A stretch of DNA of 64,000 nucleotides from Alphaproteobacteria bacterium. Its GTDB lineage: Bacteria > Pseudomonadota > Alphaproteobacteria > SP197. Within the stretch, counting starts at the first letter, position 1; each line of letters opens with the position of its first letter. Below the pieces are notes generated by a model. The model saw nothing but the letters and a program-made list of their open reading frames with translations. It was not told where the DNA came from and searched no databases. Position numbers and translations under genes: made by a program. The stretch spans positions 1,152,001 through 1,216,000 of the forward strand of contig OZ219747.1 of assembly GCA_964291265.2 (NCBI GenBank). Reading direction: 5' to 3'. Shown piece by piece: positions 39,556 to 49,567 of this stretch.

Positions 39556-40551
39556 ATGGAAACATCGCCTCGTGTACATCGCGAAAGCGAATACGTCGCT
39601 CGGGCCGCCTGGCTCCACTTCGTCGGCGGCCTGACGCAGAGCGAGGTCGCAAGGCGCCTGTCGATTTCCTCGAGCCGTGCACATCGTCATATCGCACGGG
39701 CGCAGGCCAGCGGCCTGGTGCGGGTCTTTGTCGATGCCAGGGCCGAATCCTGCATGGCGGTCGAGAGCACACTCATGAGGCGCTTCAACCTCGCACGATG
39801 CCATGTCGCGATGGAAGTCCCCGAGGAAGGGTCCCTGCCATTGGTGGCGCTCGGTGTCACGGGGGCGGACTTTCTCATGCAGGCGATCGCTTCTGATCGG
39901 CATCGCGTGATCGGTGTGGGCAATGGACGGACGATCGCCGCAGCGGTGAACGCGATGGTGCGGATGCATGCACCGGGAGTTCGCTTCGTGTCCATGCTCG
40001 GGGGGCTGACCAGGTCCTTTGCCGCCAACCCCTACGACGTCATTCACCGCCTGGCGCGAAAGACCGATGCCGAGGCCTACCTGATGCCCGCGCCGCTCTA
40101 TGCGGACACACCCGAGGACAAGCAGATGATGATGGCCCAGAGCGCCATCGCCACCACCATGGATCTCATGGCGCAGGCCAGCCTCATGGTGGTCGGCGTC
40201 GGAAATCTCGACCATGTCGCCGGCGCCACGCCGACGACCGCGGTTCGAGGAAAACGGGAAATCCACGAACTCCGTGGGGCGGGTGCACGGGCGGAGATCA
40301 TCGGACAGTTTCTCGACGCATCCGGCGCCATCATGAAGACCCGGCACGATGCCTGCGCCATGGCCCCTGCTCTCGAGACCCTGCGAGGACGGGACATCGT
40401 GGCCATGGCGGGAGGGGCCGGCAAGAGCGAGGCGGTGCTGGCGGCTCTCAGGAGCGGCCTGCTGACCGGATTGATCACCGACGAGGCGACCGCAAGACGC
40501 ATCGTCGATGATTCGCAGGCGGATGAACCGACTGCGGAACGGCAAGACTGA
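39556..40551 (+). CDS. eryD: SorC/DeoR-family sugar-binding transcriptional regulator (EryD-like)
   Basis: RAAWLHFVGGLTQSEVARRL HTH; PAPLYAD; GGAGKSEAV; ITDE; eryA/eryB context. Confidence 0.75.
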   Translation: METSPRVHRESEYVARAAWLHFVGGLTQSEVARRLSISSSRAHRHIARAQASGLVRVFVDARAESCMAVESTLMRRFNLARCHVAMEVPEEGSLPLVALGVTGADFLMQAIASDRHRVIGVGNGRTIAAAVNAMVRMHAPGVRFVSMLGGLTRSFAANPYDVIHRLARKTDAEAYLMPAPLYADTPEDKQMMMAQSAIATTMDLMAQASLMVVGVGNLDHVAGATPTTAVRGKREIHELRGAGARAEIIGQFLDASGAIMKTRHDACAMAPALETLRGRDIVAMAGGAGKSEAVLAALRSGLLTGLITDEATARRIVDDSQADEPTAERQD

Positions 40552-40569
40552 ACAACGGAGGAGAGATTC

Positions 40570-42009
40570 ATGCACGACAAGGAAAAGGACCTGATCAAGG
40601 CATTCCGGCGCGGCCAGATGGACCGCCGCGAGCTGGTCAGGGGTCTGGGAATGCTGGGCGTGACCGCCACCACGGCCGGCACACTGACGAACCTGGTTGA
40701 AACGCAAGCCCTGGCAGCCAATTTCGACTGGATGAAGCATGCGGGCAAGAGCATCAAGCTGTTGCTCAACAAGCATCCCTATACGGATGCGATGCTTGCC
40801 AACCTTGACAACTTCAAGTCCCTCACGGGGATGGAGGTCAGCTACGACATCTTTCCCGAAGATGTCTATTTCGACAAGGTGACGGCCGCACTGTCCTCGC
40901 GATCCAGCGAGTACGACGCCTTCATGACCGGGGCGTACATGACGTGGACATACGGTCCGGCGGGGTGGATTGTCGATCATAACGAATGGATCATGGACGA
41001 CTCCAGGACCAACCCGGATTACGGCTGGTCCGACATGATCGAGGGTGTGCGCAGATCCTGTGCCTGGAACGGACGGCCGGGGGGAGAACTCGGTTCGGAG
41101 GATGCACGGCAGTGGTGCATTCCCTGGGGCTATGAACAGAACAATCTCACCTACAATGCCGTCATGCTGGACAGCGTCGGCGTGGAAGTACCCACCGATC
41201 TTGACGAATTGCTGGACGCGGCAGCCAGGGCACAGGCCGGAATCGATGGCATCTATGGCATCGGTGTTCGTGGATCACGCAGCTGGGCGACGATCCACCC
41301 GGGCTTCCTCTCGGCCTACGCCAATCTTGGCGAGACAGACCTCAACATCTCTGACGACGGCAGGCTTTCGGCGGCCATGAACACAGGCACCTCGAAGGCG
41401 TTCCATGCCAAGTGGGTCAAGATGATCCAGGATTCCGGTGCCGCTGATTGGTCCACTCACACCTGGTATCAGGTGGGAACCGATCTCGGCGCCGGCAAGT
41501 CGGCGATGATCTATGACGCGGACATCCTCGGTTACTTCATGAACGGGGGAGACAACGCCATGGCGGGGCAATTGGCCTATGCTCCGTTTGCCGCGTCCGG
41601 CAATGGCGCACCGACGCCGAACATCTGGATCTGGTCACTCGCCATGTCGGCCTTCTCCAGGGACCTCGATGCGACATGGTACTTCATGCAGTGGGCGTCC
41701 GGTACCGAGCACGGGCTGTTCGGCGCACGGGAAATGGACTTTGTCAATCCAGTGCGGCAGTCGGTCTGGGATGATCCAATGTTCCGCGACCGCATTGCCC
41801 GGAGCTATCCGGGCTATGTCGAGATGCACGATGTCTCCGCGCCCGGTGCAGCGATCAAGTTCACGGCGCAACCGCTGTTCTTCGACCTGACGACCGAATG
41901 GGCGGCAACGCTGCAGAAGATGGTTGCCAACGAGGTGCCTGTTGACGAAGGCCTTGACCAACTGGCCGAGAGTGTCGACCGTCAACTGAAGGACGCCGGA
42001 CTGGGCTGA
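40570..42009 (+). CDS. polyol/sugar ABC substrate-binding protein (MptA-like), Tat-type signal
   Basis: DRREL signal; SD GGAGGAG; family 1 SBP features. Confidence 0.9.
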   Translation: MHDKEKDLIKAFRRGQMDRRELVRGLGMLGVTATTAGTLTNLVETQALAANFDWMKHAGKSIKLLLNKHPYTDAMLANLDNFKSLTGMEVSYDIFPEDVYFDKVTAALSSRSSEYDAFMTGAYMTWTYGPAGWIVDHNEWIMDDSRTNPDYGWSDMIEGVRRSCAWNGRPGGELGSEDARQWCIPWGYEQNNLTYNAVMLDSVGVEVPTDLDELLDAAARAQAGIDGIYGIGVRGSRSWATIHPGFLSAYANLGETDLNISDDGRLSAAMNTGTSKAFHAKWVKMIQDSGAADWSTHTWYQVGTDLGAGKSAMIYDADILGYFMNGGDNAMAGQLAYAPFAASGNGAPTPNIWIWSLAMSAFSRDLDATWYFMQWASGTEHGLFGAREMDFVNPVRQSVWDDPMFRDRIARSYPGYVEMHDVSAPGAAIKFTAQPLFFDLTTEWAATLQKMVANEVPVDEGLDQLAESVDRQLKDAGLG

Positions 42010-42036
42010 GGGCCCGACCGGCACGGCAGACAGTCA

Positions 42037-42063
42037 CCTCCCCCGGTGTCAGTCCGGGGGAGG
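42037..42063 (+). terminator. perfect 10-bp stem-loop after the SBP gene (mRNA stabiliser/attenuator)
   Basis: CCTCCCCCGG-TGTCAGT-CCGGGGGAGG. Confidence 0.65.
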
Positions 42064-42088
42064 CTGCTCCAGCGAACGAGCCAGGCAC

Positions 42089-43006
42089 ATCACTACAGCA
42101 CTGCCTCCGACAACGTATCGTGCACCGGTTTCGCGGCGGCTGCTCCCGTACCTGCTCAGCCTGCCGGCTCTGCTGGTCTGCATTGGTATCCTGATCCCCT
42201 TCGGAACTGCGGTCTGGTACTCGCTGCAGCGCTACCGGCTGTCCCAGCCCTGGAATCGGGGATTCAACTGGGGCGAAAACTACCTGAGTTTTCTCGGTGA
42301 CCCCGGTTTCTGGAACACGTTGAAGGTCAGCCTCGTCTACGCGGGGCTGACCGTGGTGCTGGAACTCCTGCTCGGCCTCGGCATCGCGTTGCTTCTCCAG
42401 CGCCGCACGCGATTCAACAATATCATCTCCGTCATGCTGCTGATGCCGCTGATGACGGCGCCGGCGCTGGCGGCTCTGATGTTCAAGCTGATGACCAACC
42501 CGAATTTCGGCATCCTCAGTCATGTCATGCGACTGCTCGGTTTCGCGGATTTTCGCTGGGGATCCGATCCGTCGACCGCGCTCTTCACGGTCCTGCTGGT
42601 TGACATCTGGGTTTACACGCCATTCATGATGATCCTTCTGCTGGCCGGCCTGCGCTCGTTGCCGACCCAGCCCTTCGAGGCCGCCGCCCTGGACGGTGTA
42701 CCGCGATGGCGCCAGTTCTGGCGCATCACCCTGCCGATGCTCATGCCCTACATGCTGACGGCCTCACTGTTCCGGCTGCTCGACTCCATCCAGCAGTTCG
42801 ACATCATCTATGCACTCACGCAAGGCGGGCCCGGCGACACGCTGATGGTCTTTCAGGTCGAGGCGTATCTGAACTTCTTTCAGTCCACGAACATCGGGCG
42901 CTCCGCAGCCTTGCTGGTGATCCTCTGGGCGATCACCTTCTTCCTCTCCAACCTGTTCATCAAGAACTGGCTGCGCCTCCGGGAGCGCACGCGAGCGGAA
43001 TTCTGA
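42089..43006 (+). CDS. sugar ABC permease (MalF-like), lacking a canonical start codon
   Basis: The frame is open upstream of TTG 42320 through TM1 (LLPYLLSLPALLVCIG); ATC at 42089 sits where ATG is expected; DIWVYTPF, FEAAALDG. Confidence 0.8.
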   Translation: MTTALPPTTYRAPVSRRLLPYLLSLPALLVCIGILIPFGTAVWYSLQRYRLSQPWNRGFNWGENYLSFLGDPGFWNTLKVSLVYAGLTVVLELLLGLGIALLLQRRTRFNNIISVMLLMPLMTAPALAALMFKLMTNPNFGILSHVMRLLGFADFRWGSDPSTALFTVLLVDIWVYTPFMMILLLAGLRSLPTQPFEAAALDGVPRWRQFWRITLPMLMPYMLTASLFRLLDSIQQFDIIYALTQGGPGDTLMVFQVEAYLNFFQSTNIGRSAALLVILWAITFFLSNLFIKNWLRLRERTRAEF

Positions 43007-43010
43007 AATC

Positions 43011-43868
43011 ATGCAGCACCAATCAACGCTTGAAGTCTGGTTGCGCTGCACGGCACTCGCGACGGTTGTGGTCTTCTTCATGTTCCCGATTGTCTGGATT
43101 CTCCTGATGAGTCTTCAGACCAACGAGACGATCCTGCGGTCGCCCCCATCGATGGTCTTCACTCCGACATTGGGAAACTACGAGGCGATTCTGGCGGGAC
43201 GTCTGGACTCCAATGTCGCCAGCATGGGTATCGAGTTCATGGGGAACCTGTGGAACTCCGTCATCCTCGCGGTCGGTTCGGTCGGACTCGCCTTGCTGCT
43301 CGGGGTGCCGGCGGCCTATGCCTTCGCCCGACACAAGTTTCGGGGATCGGAAGACATTGCCTTCACCCTGCTGAGTTTTAGGTTCGCGCCGCCCTTGCTC
43401 GTGCTCCTGCCGCTGACGACGTACTTTCAGGTTCTCGGAATCGCCAACACCTACGTCGGGTTGATCTGGATCTACCAGCTGATCTGCCTGCCATTGATCC
43501 TCTGGATCGTGCGCGGCTATTTCGAGGACATCCCGGTGGATGTGGAACATGCCTATCGTATTGCCGGCCATGGGTGGTTCGCGACATTCCGCAAGATCGC
43601 GCTGCCGCTGGCACGCCCGGGAATCGCGGCAGCCGGACTTCTCGCCTTCATCTTTGCCTGGAACAACTTCATCTTCGCGCTGGTGCTGGCGAGCGCGGAC
43701 AAGCAGCCGGTGACCGTTGGTGCACTTGCCTTCGTGACAGCAAGCGGCATACAGTATGGGCAGATCGCGGCCGCAGTGGTTCTCTCGATCGCACCGACGC
43801 TCGCCCTTGCGCTCTATGCGCAACGCTATCTGGTCGAGGGACTGTCCCTCGGAGCGGTGAAGGGGTGA
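43011..43868 (+). CDS. sugar ABC permease (MalG-like)
   Basis: FIFAWNNF, YLVEGLSLGAVKG. Confidence 0.93.
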   Translation: MQHQSTLEVWLRCTALATVVVFFMFPIVWILLMSLQTNETILRSPPSMVFTPTLGNYEAILAGRLDSNVASMGIEFMGNLWNSVILAVGSVGLALLLGVPAAYAFARHKFRGSEDIAFTLLSFRFAPPLLVLLPLTTYFQVLGIANTYVGLIWIYQLICLPLILWIVRGYFEDIPVDVEHAYRIAGHGWFATFRKIALPLARPGIAAAGLLAFIFAWNNFIFALVLASADKQPVTVGALAFVTASGIQYGQIAAAVVLSIAPTLALALYAQRYLVEGLSLGAVKG

Positions 43869-44968
43869 AAGGCGTGGAGGGCCTGTCCGTGGAGGGCCTT
43901 ACCAAGCGTTTCCGGAACGAACGCGTTCTCGACGATGTCTCGCTCGCGGTTCCCAAGGGAAGGACGCTTGTGCTGTTCGGCCCCTCCGGTGCCGGCAAGA
44001 CCGTGTTGCTGCGCTGCATCGCCGGCGCCATAGACCCCGACTCCGGTATCGTCCGGATTGACGGGGAAGACGTGACCCACATGCCACCCGAAACCCGCGG
44101 GATAGGCATGGCATTCCAGAATTTCGCACTCTTTCCTCATATGAGTGCGTTCGAGAACATCGCCAGCCCGCTGCGCGTGCGCCACCGCTCCCGTTCCGCG
44201 CTGGAAGAAGATGTGGAATCCGTGGCGAGACTGTTGAAGATCGACCATGTCCTCGAGCATCTGCCAAGGGAGCTGTCCAACGGCCAGAAGCAGCGAACCT
44301 CGCTCGCGCGGGCCCTTGCGGCCGAGCCGGGGTTGCTTCTGCTCGACGATCCCTTGCGCAATGTCGATGCCAAGCTCCGGTTCGAGATGCGGCTCGAGCT
44401 TCCGCGCCTGCTGGCCGGTCGCGGAGCGACGGTTGTTCACGTTACGCAGGATTACAGGGAAGCCATGGCACTCGGAGACCGGATCGCCGTGCTCGAGGAT
44501 GGACGAATCGCGCAGATCGGCTCCGCCACGGACATCTATTGCCGCCCGGCCAGCGTTGCCATTGCACGGCTTTTCGGCGACCCGGTCATGAACCTTCTCG
44601 AGGTCGTGCCGGCAACGGATTCCGACGGCGCGTTCGTTGAACTCTCTGATCGGCGCCTCCCGCTTGCACCGGAACTGGCGGAGACCGCGGGACGATCATG
44701 CATGATCGGCATCCGGCCCGAGGCCATTGGCATCGACTCGCTGGATGCTCCGGGAGCGATCCCGGTGACGATCGAGGCCGAAACCCCTCTGAACGAGAAG
44801 ACTGTCACCCTCGCGGTCACGAAACGCGGACGCGAACTGCTTGCCTCCCGCCCGGCTGGCACCGAAGCCCCGCGCGCGGGGCAGGTCGGATTCGTCGTCA
44901 AGGCGGACGCCGTGCATCTTTTCGACCGCGAGAGCGGGATGAGGATCAGTCCGGACGAGGCGGCATGA
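43865..44968 (+). CDS. sugar ABC ATP-binding protein
   Basis: GPSGAGKT, FQNFALFP, LSNGQKQR, DDPLRNVDAKLR. Confidence 0.93.
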   Translation: MKGVEGLSVEGLTKRFRNERVLDDVSLAVPKGRTLVLFGPSGAGKTVLLRCIAGAIDPDSGIVRIDGEDVTHMPPETRGIGMAFQNFALFPHMSAFENIASPLRVRHRSRSALEEDVESVARLLKIDHVLEHLPRELSNGQKQRTSLARALAAEPGLLLLDDPLRNVDAKLRFEMRLELPRLLAGRGATVVHVTQDYREAMALGDRIAVLEDGRIAQIGSATDIYCRPASVAIARLFGDPVMNLLEVVPATDSDGAFVELSDRRLPLAPELAETAGRSCMIGIRPEAIGIDSLDAPGAIPVTIEAETPLNEKTVTLAVTKRGRELLASRPAGTEAPRAGQVGFVVKADAVHLFDRESGMRISPDEAA

Positions 44969-45849
44969 TGCTCTTGTCGAGCGGCGGTCTTGCGATTTTT
45001 CTGGAAGCATGTTCGGTGCCGGAGCATGGCCCACCGGACGTCGATGCACCGTCTGGCGGGAACGATGACGGCACGGTTGTGCCGTGTTCCCCCGTACCGC
45101 TTGCGGTCGTGGGAGGTGCGGCTGTCGGGATGGCCGAGGGAGGATCAGGCGATTGGGGAGAAGACGCGTTCGAGCACCTTGCCGCCGCCGCTGGCCCGCC
45201 CGGGGAACCCGACCTTGTCGAACTGGGACAGCACCGGAGCGAGGGTGTCGGTGGAGCGGGAGAGGGGACCTGCGTCGACGATCAACCCGGTGGCGAGCAC
45301 GATTCCGATGTCGGTCAGGCTGCGGGTGGGGGCGGGGTGGTCGAGAAGGTCCATCGGCTCGCTGTCGCGGTCCTTGAGACGGGCGCGACAGGCAGGCGTT
45401 CCGGCGGCCGGCACGGCGATACCGCCGACCGCGTCGAGTCCGACCCGTGTGTTCCCGGGCAATCGGGCCAACTCATCAACCAGGTCGTCGATCATGGTCG
45501 GTGTGGTCCCGGGTCTGCGGTCGATCGGGACGACGCCCGCCGCTTCGATGGCGGTGATCCCGTGGGGCTGCTCGGCGATGTTGATGGGGATGATGATGGC
45601 ATCATCCGATGGTGGGTCGACGCCCGGTCCCCGGCATATGCCGTCCTAGCCCTGCACAGTGATGATCCGCAGGGTTCGATCGGCACCCGAGGCGAGCTGC
45701 GGCGCTGGAGGTGCTGGCTCCCGGCCCATGTCGTGCGGCCGGCATGCAACCCGTCCCGGCGCCACCGAACCGGGACCACGGCGTACCGGGGTCACGGCAC
45801 CACGCACCACACACAGCCAAGGCTGTACCCGAAGGGCAGGATCTCATGA
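44969..45849 (-). mobile_element. internally deleted, degenerate IS110-family element, 881 bp
   Basis: Flanked by CATGA at 44964-44968 and 45845-45849; minus-strand IS110 transposase relics: HPAPTRSLTDIGIVLA, LAPVLSQ, SLGHPDSRTSHDRKR, RHNRAVIVPARRCIDVRWAMLRHRTCFQ. Confidence 0.8.
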
Positions 45850-46979
45850 GCGTGGCAATTCTTGATCTCGACCGCGTCAACAAGGTCTATCGCCCGTCAG
45901 GGCGCGCTCCCGTCCATGCGGTGCGGGACTTCTCGCTTTCTGTTCGGTTCGGCGAGGTCGTCGCGCTTCTCGGCTCTTCCGGCTGTGGCAAGACGTCGGT
46001 CTTGCGCATGATCGCAGGCTTCGAGGAGGTCACGAGCGGTTCGATACGTCTCAAGGACCGCAAGATCCACGGACTTGCGCCGTTTCGGCGCAATGTTGCC
46101 ATGGCCTTCGAGGGCTATTCCCTTTATCCGCCCATGACGGTGAACGAAAACATCGCGCTTGCCCTCAAGTCACAGGGCGTTGCAGCCCATGATCTTGCCG
46201 AGAGGATCCGTACGATCGCCCGGCTCCTGGACATCGAAGGCATCCTTGATCGCTACCCTTCCTCGATCTCGGCAGGACAGCAGCAGCGAGCGGGACTTGG
46301 CCGGGCCCTGATCCGGCAAGCCGACCTGCATCTCCTTGATGAGCCGATGGGGCAGCTGGAACCGCAGTTGCGCGCCGTGCTGCGGGGGAGAATCAAGCAC
46401 TACATCAAGGAACGGGAACTCGCCGCAATCCTCGTGACCCACGATCAGGCCGAAGCGAATGCGCTCGCTGACCGCATCGCGGTGATGGACGATGGTGTCC
46501 TGCAACAGTTCGACGCGCCGGAGGTGATCAAGGCAAGGCCGGACAATCTCTTTTCCGGCACCTTCATGGGCGAGCCGCCGATGAACGTCTTCGAAGCCGA
46601 AGCCGAAGCCGGACTGGACGGCGGTTTTCTCGACTTTCGTCTTCGTGACGGTGTTGTTCTGAGCTACCCGGAAGTCGCGTTTGAAACGGGCTTGCGCGAC
46701 AAACTGCTCCGTCGACGACGGGTGGTGATCGGTGTACGACCACATTCCGTGCGTCTGGGTGGGCAGGGACCGAAAGCGACCGTCTTTGCAAATCAGTGGC
46801 TGGGGGACCAGTCTCATGTCGCGGCACACTTTGCCGGCGGAAGCGTGATTTCGGTCGCCCATGACCGGGTCCCGTTCGGCACGGGAGCGGCCGTAGGCAT
46901 TGAGTTCCCGGTTGACGCGCTTCATGTCTTCGACGCGCGGGATGGTTCGGCGATCGGTCACGGGGGGACTCCGGCATGA
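45846..46979 (+). CDS. sugar ABC ATP-binding protein
   Basis: GSSGCGKT, ISAGQQQR, DEPMGQLE, VTHDQ. Confidence 0.92.
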   Translation: MSVAILDLDRVNKVYRPSGRAPVHAVRDFSLSVRFGEVVALLGSSGCGKTSVLRMIAGFEEVTSGSIRLKDRKIHGLAPFRRNVAMAFEGYSLYPPMTVNENIALALKSQGVAAHDLAERIRTIARLLDIEGILDRYPSSISAGQQQRAGLGRALIRQADLHLLDEPMGQLEPQLRAVLRGRIKHYIKERELAAILVTHDQAEANALADRIAVMDDGVLQQFDAPEVIKARPDNLFSGTFMGEPPMNVFEAEAEAGLDGGFLDFRLRDGVVLSYPEVAFETGLRDKLLRRRRVVIGVRPHSVRLGGQGPKATVFANQWLGDQSHVAAHFAGGSVISVAHDRVPFGTGAAVGIEFPVDALHVFDARDGSAIGHGGTPA

Positions 46980-48535
46980 GTTCCGACCTGCTGATCGGAA
47001 TCGATGCAGGAACATCCGTGGTCAAGGCGTTGGCCTTCGACACGGATGGACGCCAGTTGGCCAGCGCGAGTCGCCCGAACAGCTATCGTGTATTGCAGAA
47101 CGGCGGCGTCGAGCAGAACATGTCTCGCACCTGGGACGATGCCATCGGTGTCGTCTCCGATCTGGCTGCGCAGGTCGAGAACCTGGCGGATCGCGTGGTT
47201 GCGTTGGCGGTCACGGGGCAGGGGGACGGCACCTGGCTGATCGACGCCGATGGCAAGCCTGTTCATGACGGTTGGCTCTGGCTTGATGCTCGTGCCGCGT
47301 CCGAGGCCGGTTCACTTGCGGCGTGTGAAGGCATCGACGTGGTTTATCGCCACACGGGGACCGGCGTGAACCTGTGCCAGATGCGTACGCACCTGCGATG
47401 GATGCAGCGCCATGACCCGGCCCTCCTGGAGAGGGCCGCGGCGGCGCTCCACTGCAAGGACTGGCTGTACTATCGCTTCACGGGAGTTCTCGTCAGCGAC
47501 CCGAGCGAAGGCGTGTTCACGTTCGGCGATATCCGCACCCGCGATTATTCGGAGGAGGTGATCGCGGCACTCGGCCTCTCGGCATTGCGCCGACTGTTGC
47601 CCCCCATTGTCGACGGATCTCGCGAAGCGCATCTGCTGACGGCAGAGGCGGCTCGGGTGACCGGGCTTCCGGAGGGCTTGCCCGTGGTGCTGGGATATGT
47701 CGACATCGCCTGCTCGGCGATGGGCTCCGGCCTCTACGATCCGGAGCTCCGTCCTGGTCTTTCCGTCCTCGGCTCGACCGGCGTGCATATGCGCTTTGTA
47801 CCGGATGCCGAATCGGTCGTGCTCAATGCGGAGCGAAGCGGCTACACGATCGTGCTGCCGGATGGCGCCTGCGCACAGATGCAGACCAACATGGTTGCGA
47901 CGATCAATCTCGACTGGTTGCTTGATGTCGGCTGCGAGTTGCTGGCATGCCAGGGGCTCACTAGGACGCGTCTGGACCTCCTTCATGGTATCGACGAGCA
48001 AGTGCTTGAGGCGAGACCCGGCGCCGCCATCTATCACCCCTACATCTCCAGTGCGGGGGAACGAGGCCCGTTCATGGAACCGCGGGCGAGGGCCTCCTTC
48101 ACCGGTCTGGAGCGGACTGTCGGCTGGATCGACCTGATCCGGGCGGTCTATGATGGCCTCGCGATGGCCGCGCGTGACTGCCATGTCGCGATGGGACCGG
48201 TCCCGGCAGAAATCCGACTGGCCGGTGGTGCTGCCCGCTCGTTCGCCATGCGCAAGATCCTGGCTGCTGCGCTCGGTACGCCCGTGCGACCCCTGCGGCA
48301 GGAGGAAACCGGTGCGGTGGGTGCCGTGATGCTCGCCGCCGTGCAGCAGGGGCATTTTTCTGACCTGACCGCGTGCTCCGAAGCATGGTTGAAGCCGCGT
48401 CTCGAGGATCCCGTGCAACCGGACCCTTGCCTGGTCTCGACCTACGACACGATGTTCGAGGCCTTTCTCGAGACCCGTCAGGCGATGTCGAACGTGTGGG
48501 CAGCCCAGACCCGAATGAGGAACGTGATGTCGTGA
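46976..48535 (+). CDS. eryA: FGGY kinase, erythritol kinase-like
   Basis: IGIDAGTSVVKA, TGQGDGTWL, LHCKDWLY, GERGPF; upstream of an eryB-like gene. Confidence 0.8.
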   Translation: MSSDLLIGIDAGTSVVKALAFDTDGRQLASASRPNSYRVLQNGGVEQNMSRTWDDAIGVVSDLAAQVENLADRVVALAVTGQGDGTWLIDADGKPVHDGWLWLDARAASEAGSLAACEGIDVVYRHTGTGVNLCQMRTHLRWMQRHDPALLERAAAALHCKDWLYYRFTGVLVSDPSEGVFTFGDIRTRDYSEEVIAALGLSALRRLLPPIVDGSREAHLLTAEAARVTGLPEGLPVVLGYVDIACSAMGSGLYDPELRPGLSVLGSTGVHMRFVPDAESVVLNAERSGYTIVLPDGACAQMQTNMVATINLDWLLDVGCELLACQGLTRTRLDLLHGIDEQVLEARPGAAIYHPYISSAGERGPFMEPRARASFTGLERTVGWIDLIRAVYDGLAMAARDCHVAMGPVPAEIRLAGGAARSFAMRKILAAALGTPVRPLRQEETGAVGAVMLAAVQQGHFSDLTACSEAWLKPRLEDPVQPDPCLVSTYDTMFEAFLETRQAMSNVWAAQTRMRNVMS

Positions 48536-49567
48536 GCACGGAGGTCGCAATCATCGGTGACCGTTTCATGCTGTCCAGGGCGTTCGCGATTGCGATCAGA
48601 GAGGCATGTGGCGATGCGGTGATCTGCCGCACGCTGGGCCTGCAGTGGCCGGATGGGCTGATCGAGCACGGTCATGCCACGAAGGGACTACACGGTCTCG
48701 AGGAACACCCGGGATCGTCGGAGCAGGTTGTTGCCCATGCAGGTGCGGCTCCGATGCTCCTGGTTGATCTGGCGCCGCTGTCATCCGTGATGCTCGATGC
48801 GATGCCGAGTCTCCGGTGTGTCGCGGGGAGGCTCGGTGAATTTCGACCTCGAGGCGGCCCGTGCCCATGGCGTGACGGTGGTCGATGCGCCCGGCCACAA
48901 CGCCTCGGCGGTCGACGAATTCGCCATCGGTGCAATCCTGGCCGAAACCCGCAGCATCGCCCGTGGACGTGAGGTGCTTCGAGAGGGGGCGTATCGGGGT
49001 GATCCCTATCGATTCGACCTCGCAGGATTCGCGTTGTCCGAGATGATGGCCGGCGTCATCGGGCATGGCGCGGTCAGCAGGCGTGTCGTGCGTCTGCCGA
49101 GGGTGTTCGGATGGCGAATCCCTGTGCACACCCCTCACGCCGGGCTTGGTGCAAGGGGCGTGGCCGAAGGCGTGGCGGCACGCTCCTTCACAACCCTGCT
49201 GGCCGAGTCCGGCATTGTGACGTTCCATCGGCCGGTGACGGGGAAGACAACCGGATTGATTGGCAGCAAGGCGCTCGCGACGATGAAACCGGGTGCCACG
49301 ATCGTCGACACGGCGCACGGTCCCCTGATGGACCATGAGGCGCTGGCGAGCGGCCATCTTCGGGGTGCGATGCCGGAGACGTGTGCCGTTGAGCCGACGC
49401 CGCCGGACTGGCCGCTCCTCAAGTGGCCGAACGTGACACTGTCCCCGCACGTTGCGGGGACATCGCGAGGGACGGTTCGAACTAAAGCGATGATGGCCGC
49501 AGAAAAGGGGCGGCGCCGGCTGAAGGGCGGACCGCACGCTGCATCCCTGCCGAGCCATGTTCGATGA
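48532..49567 (+). pseudogene. D-2-hydroxyacid dehydrogenase family protein (RbtA-like), frameshifted
   Basis: N-terminal part VAIIGDRFM...LRCVA; frameshift near 48820; then SRGGSVN, APGHNASAV, GVIGHGAVS, TLSPHVAG; many eroded motifs. Confidence 0.85.
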
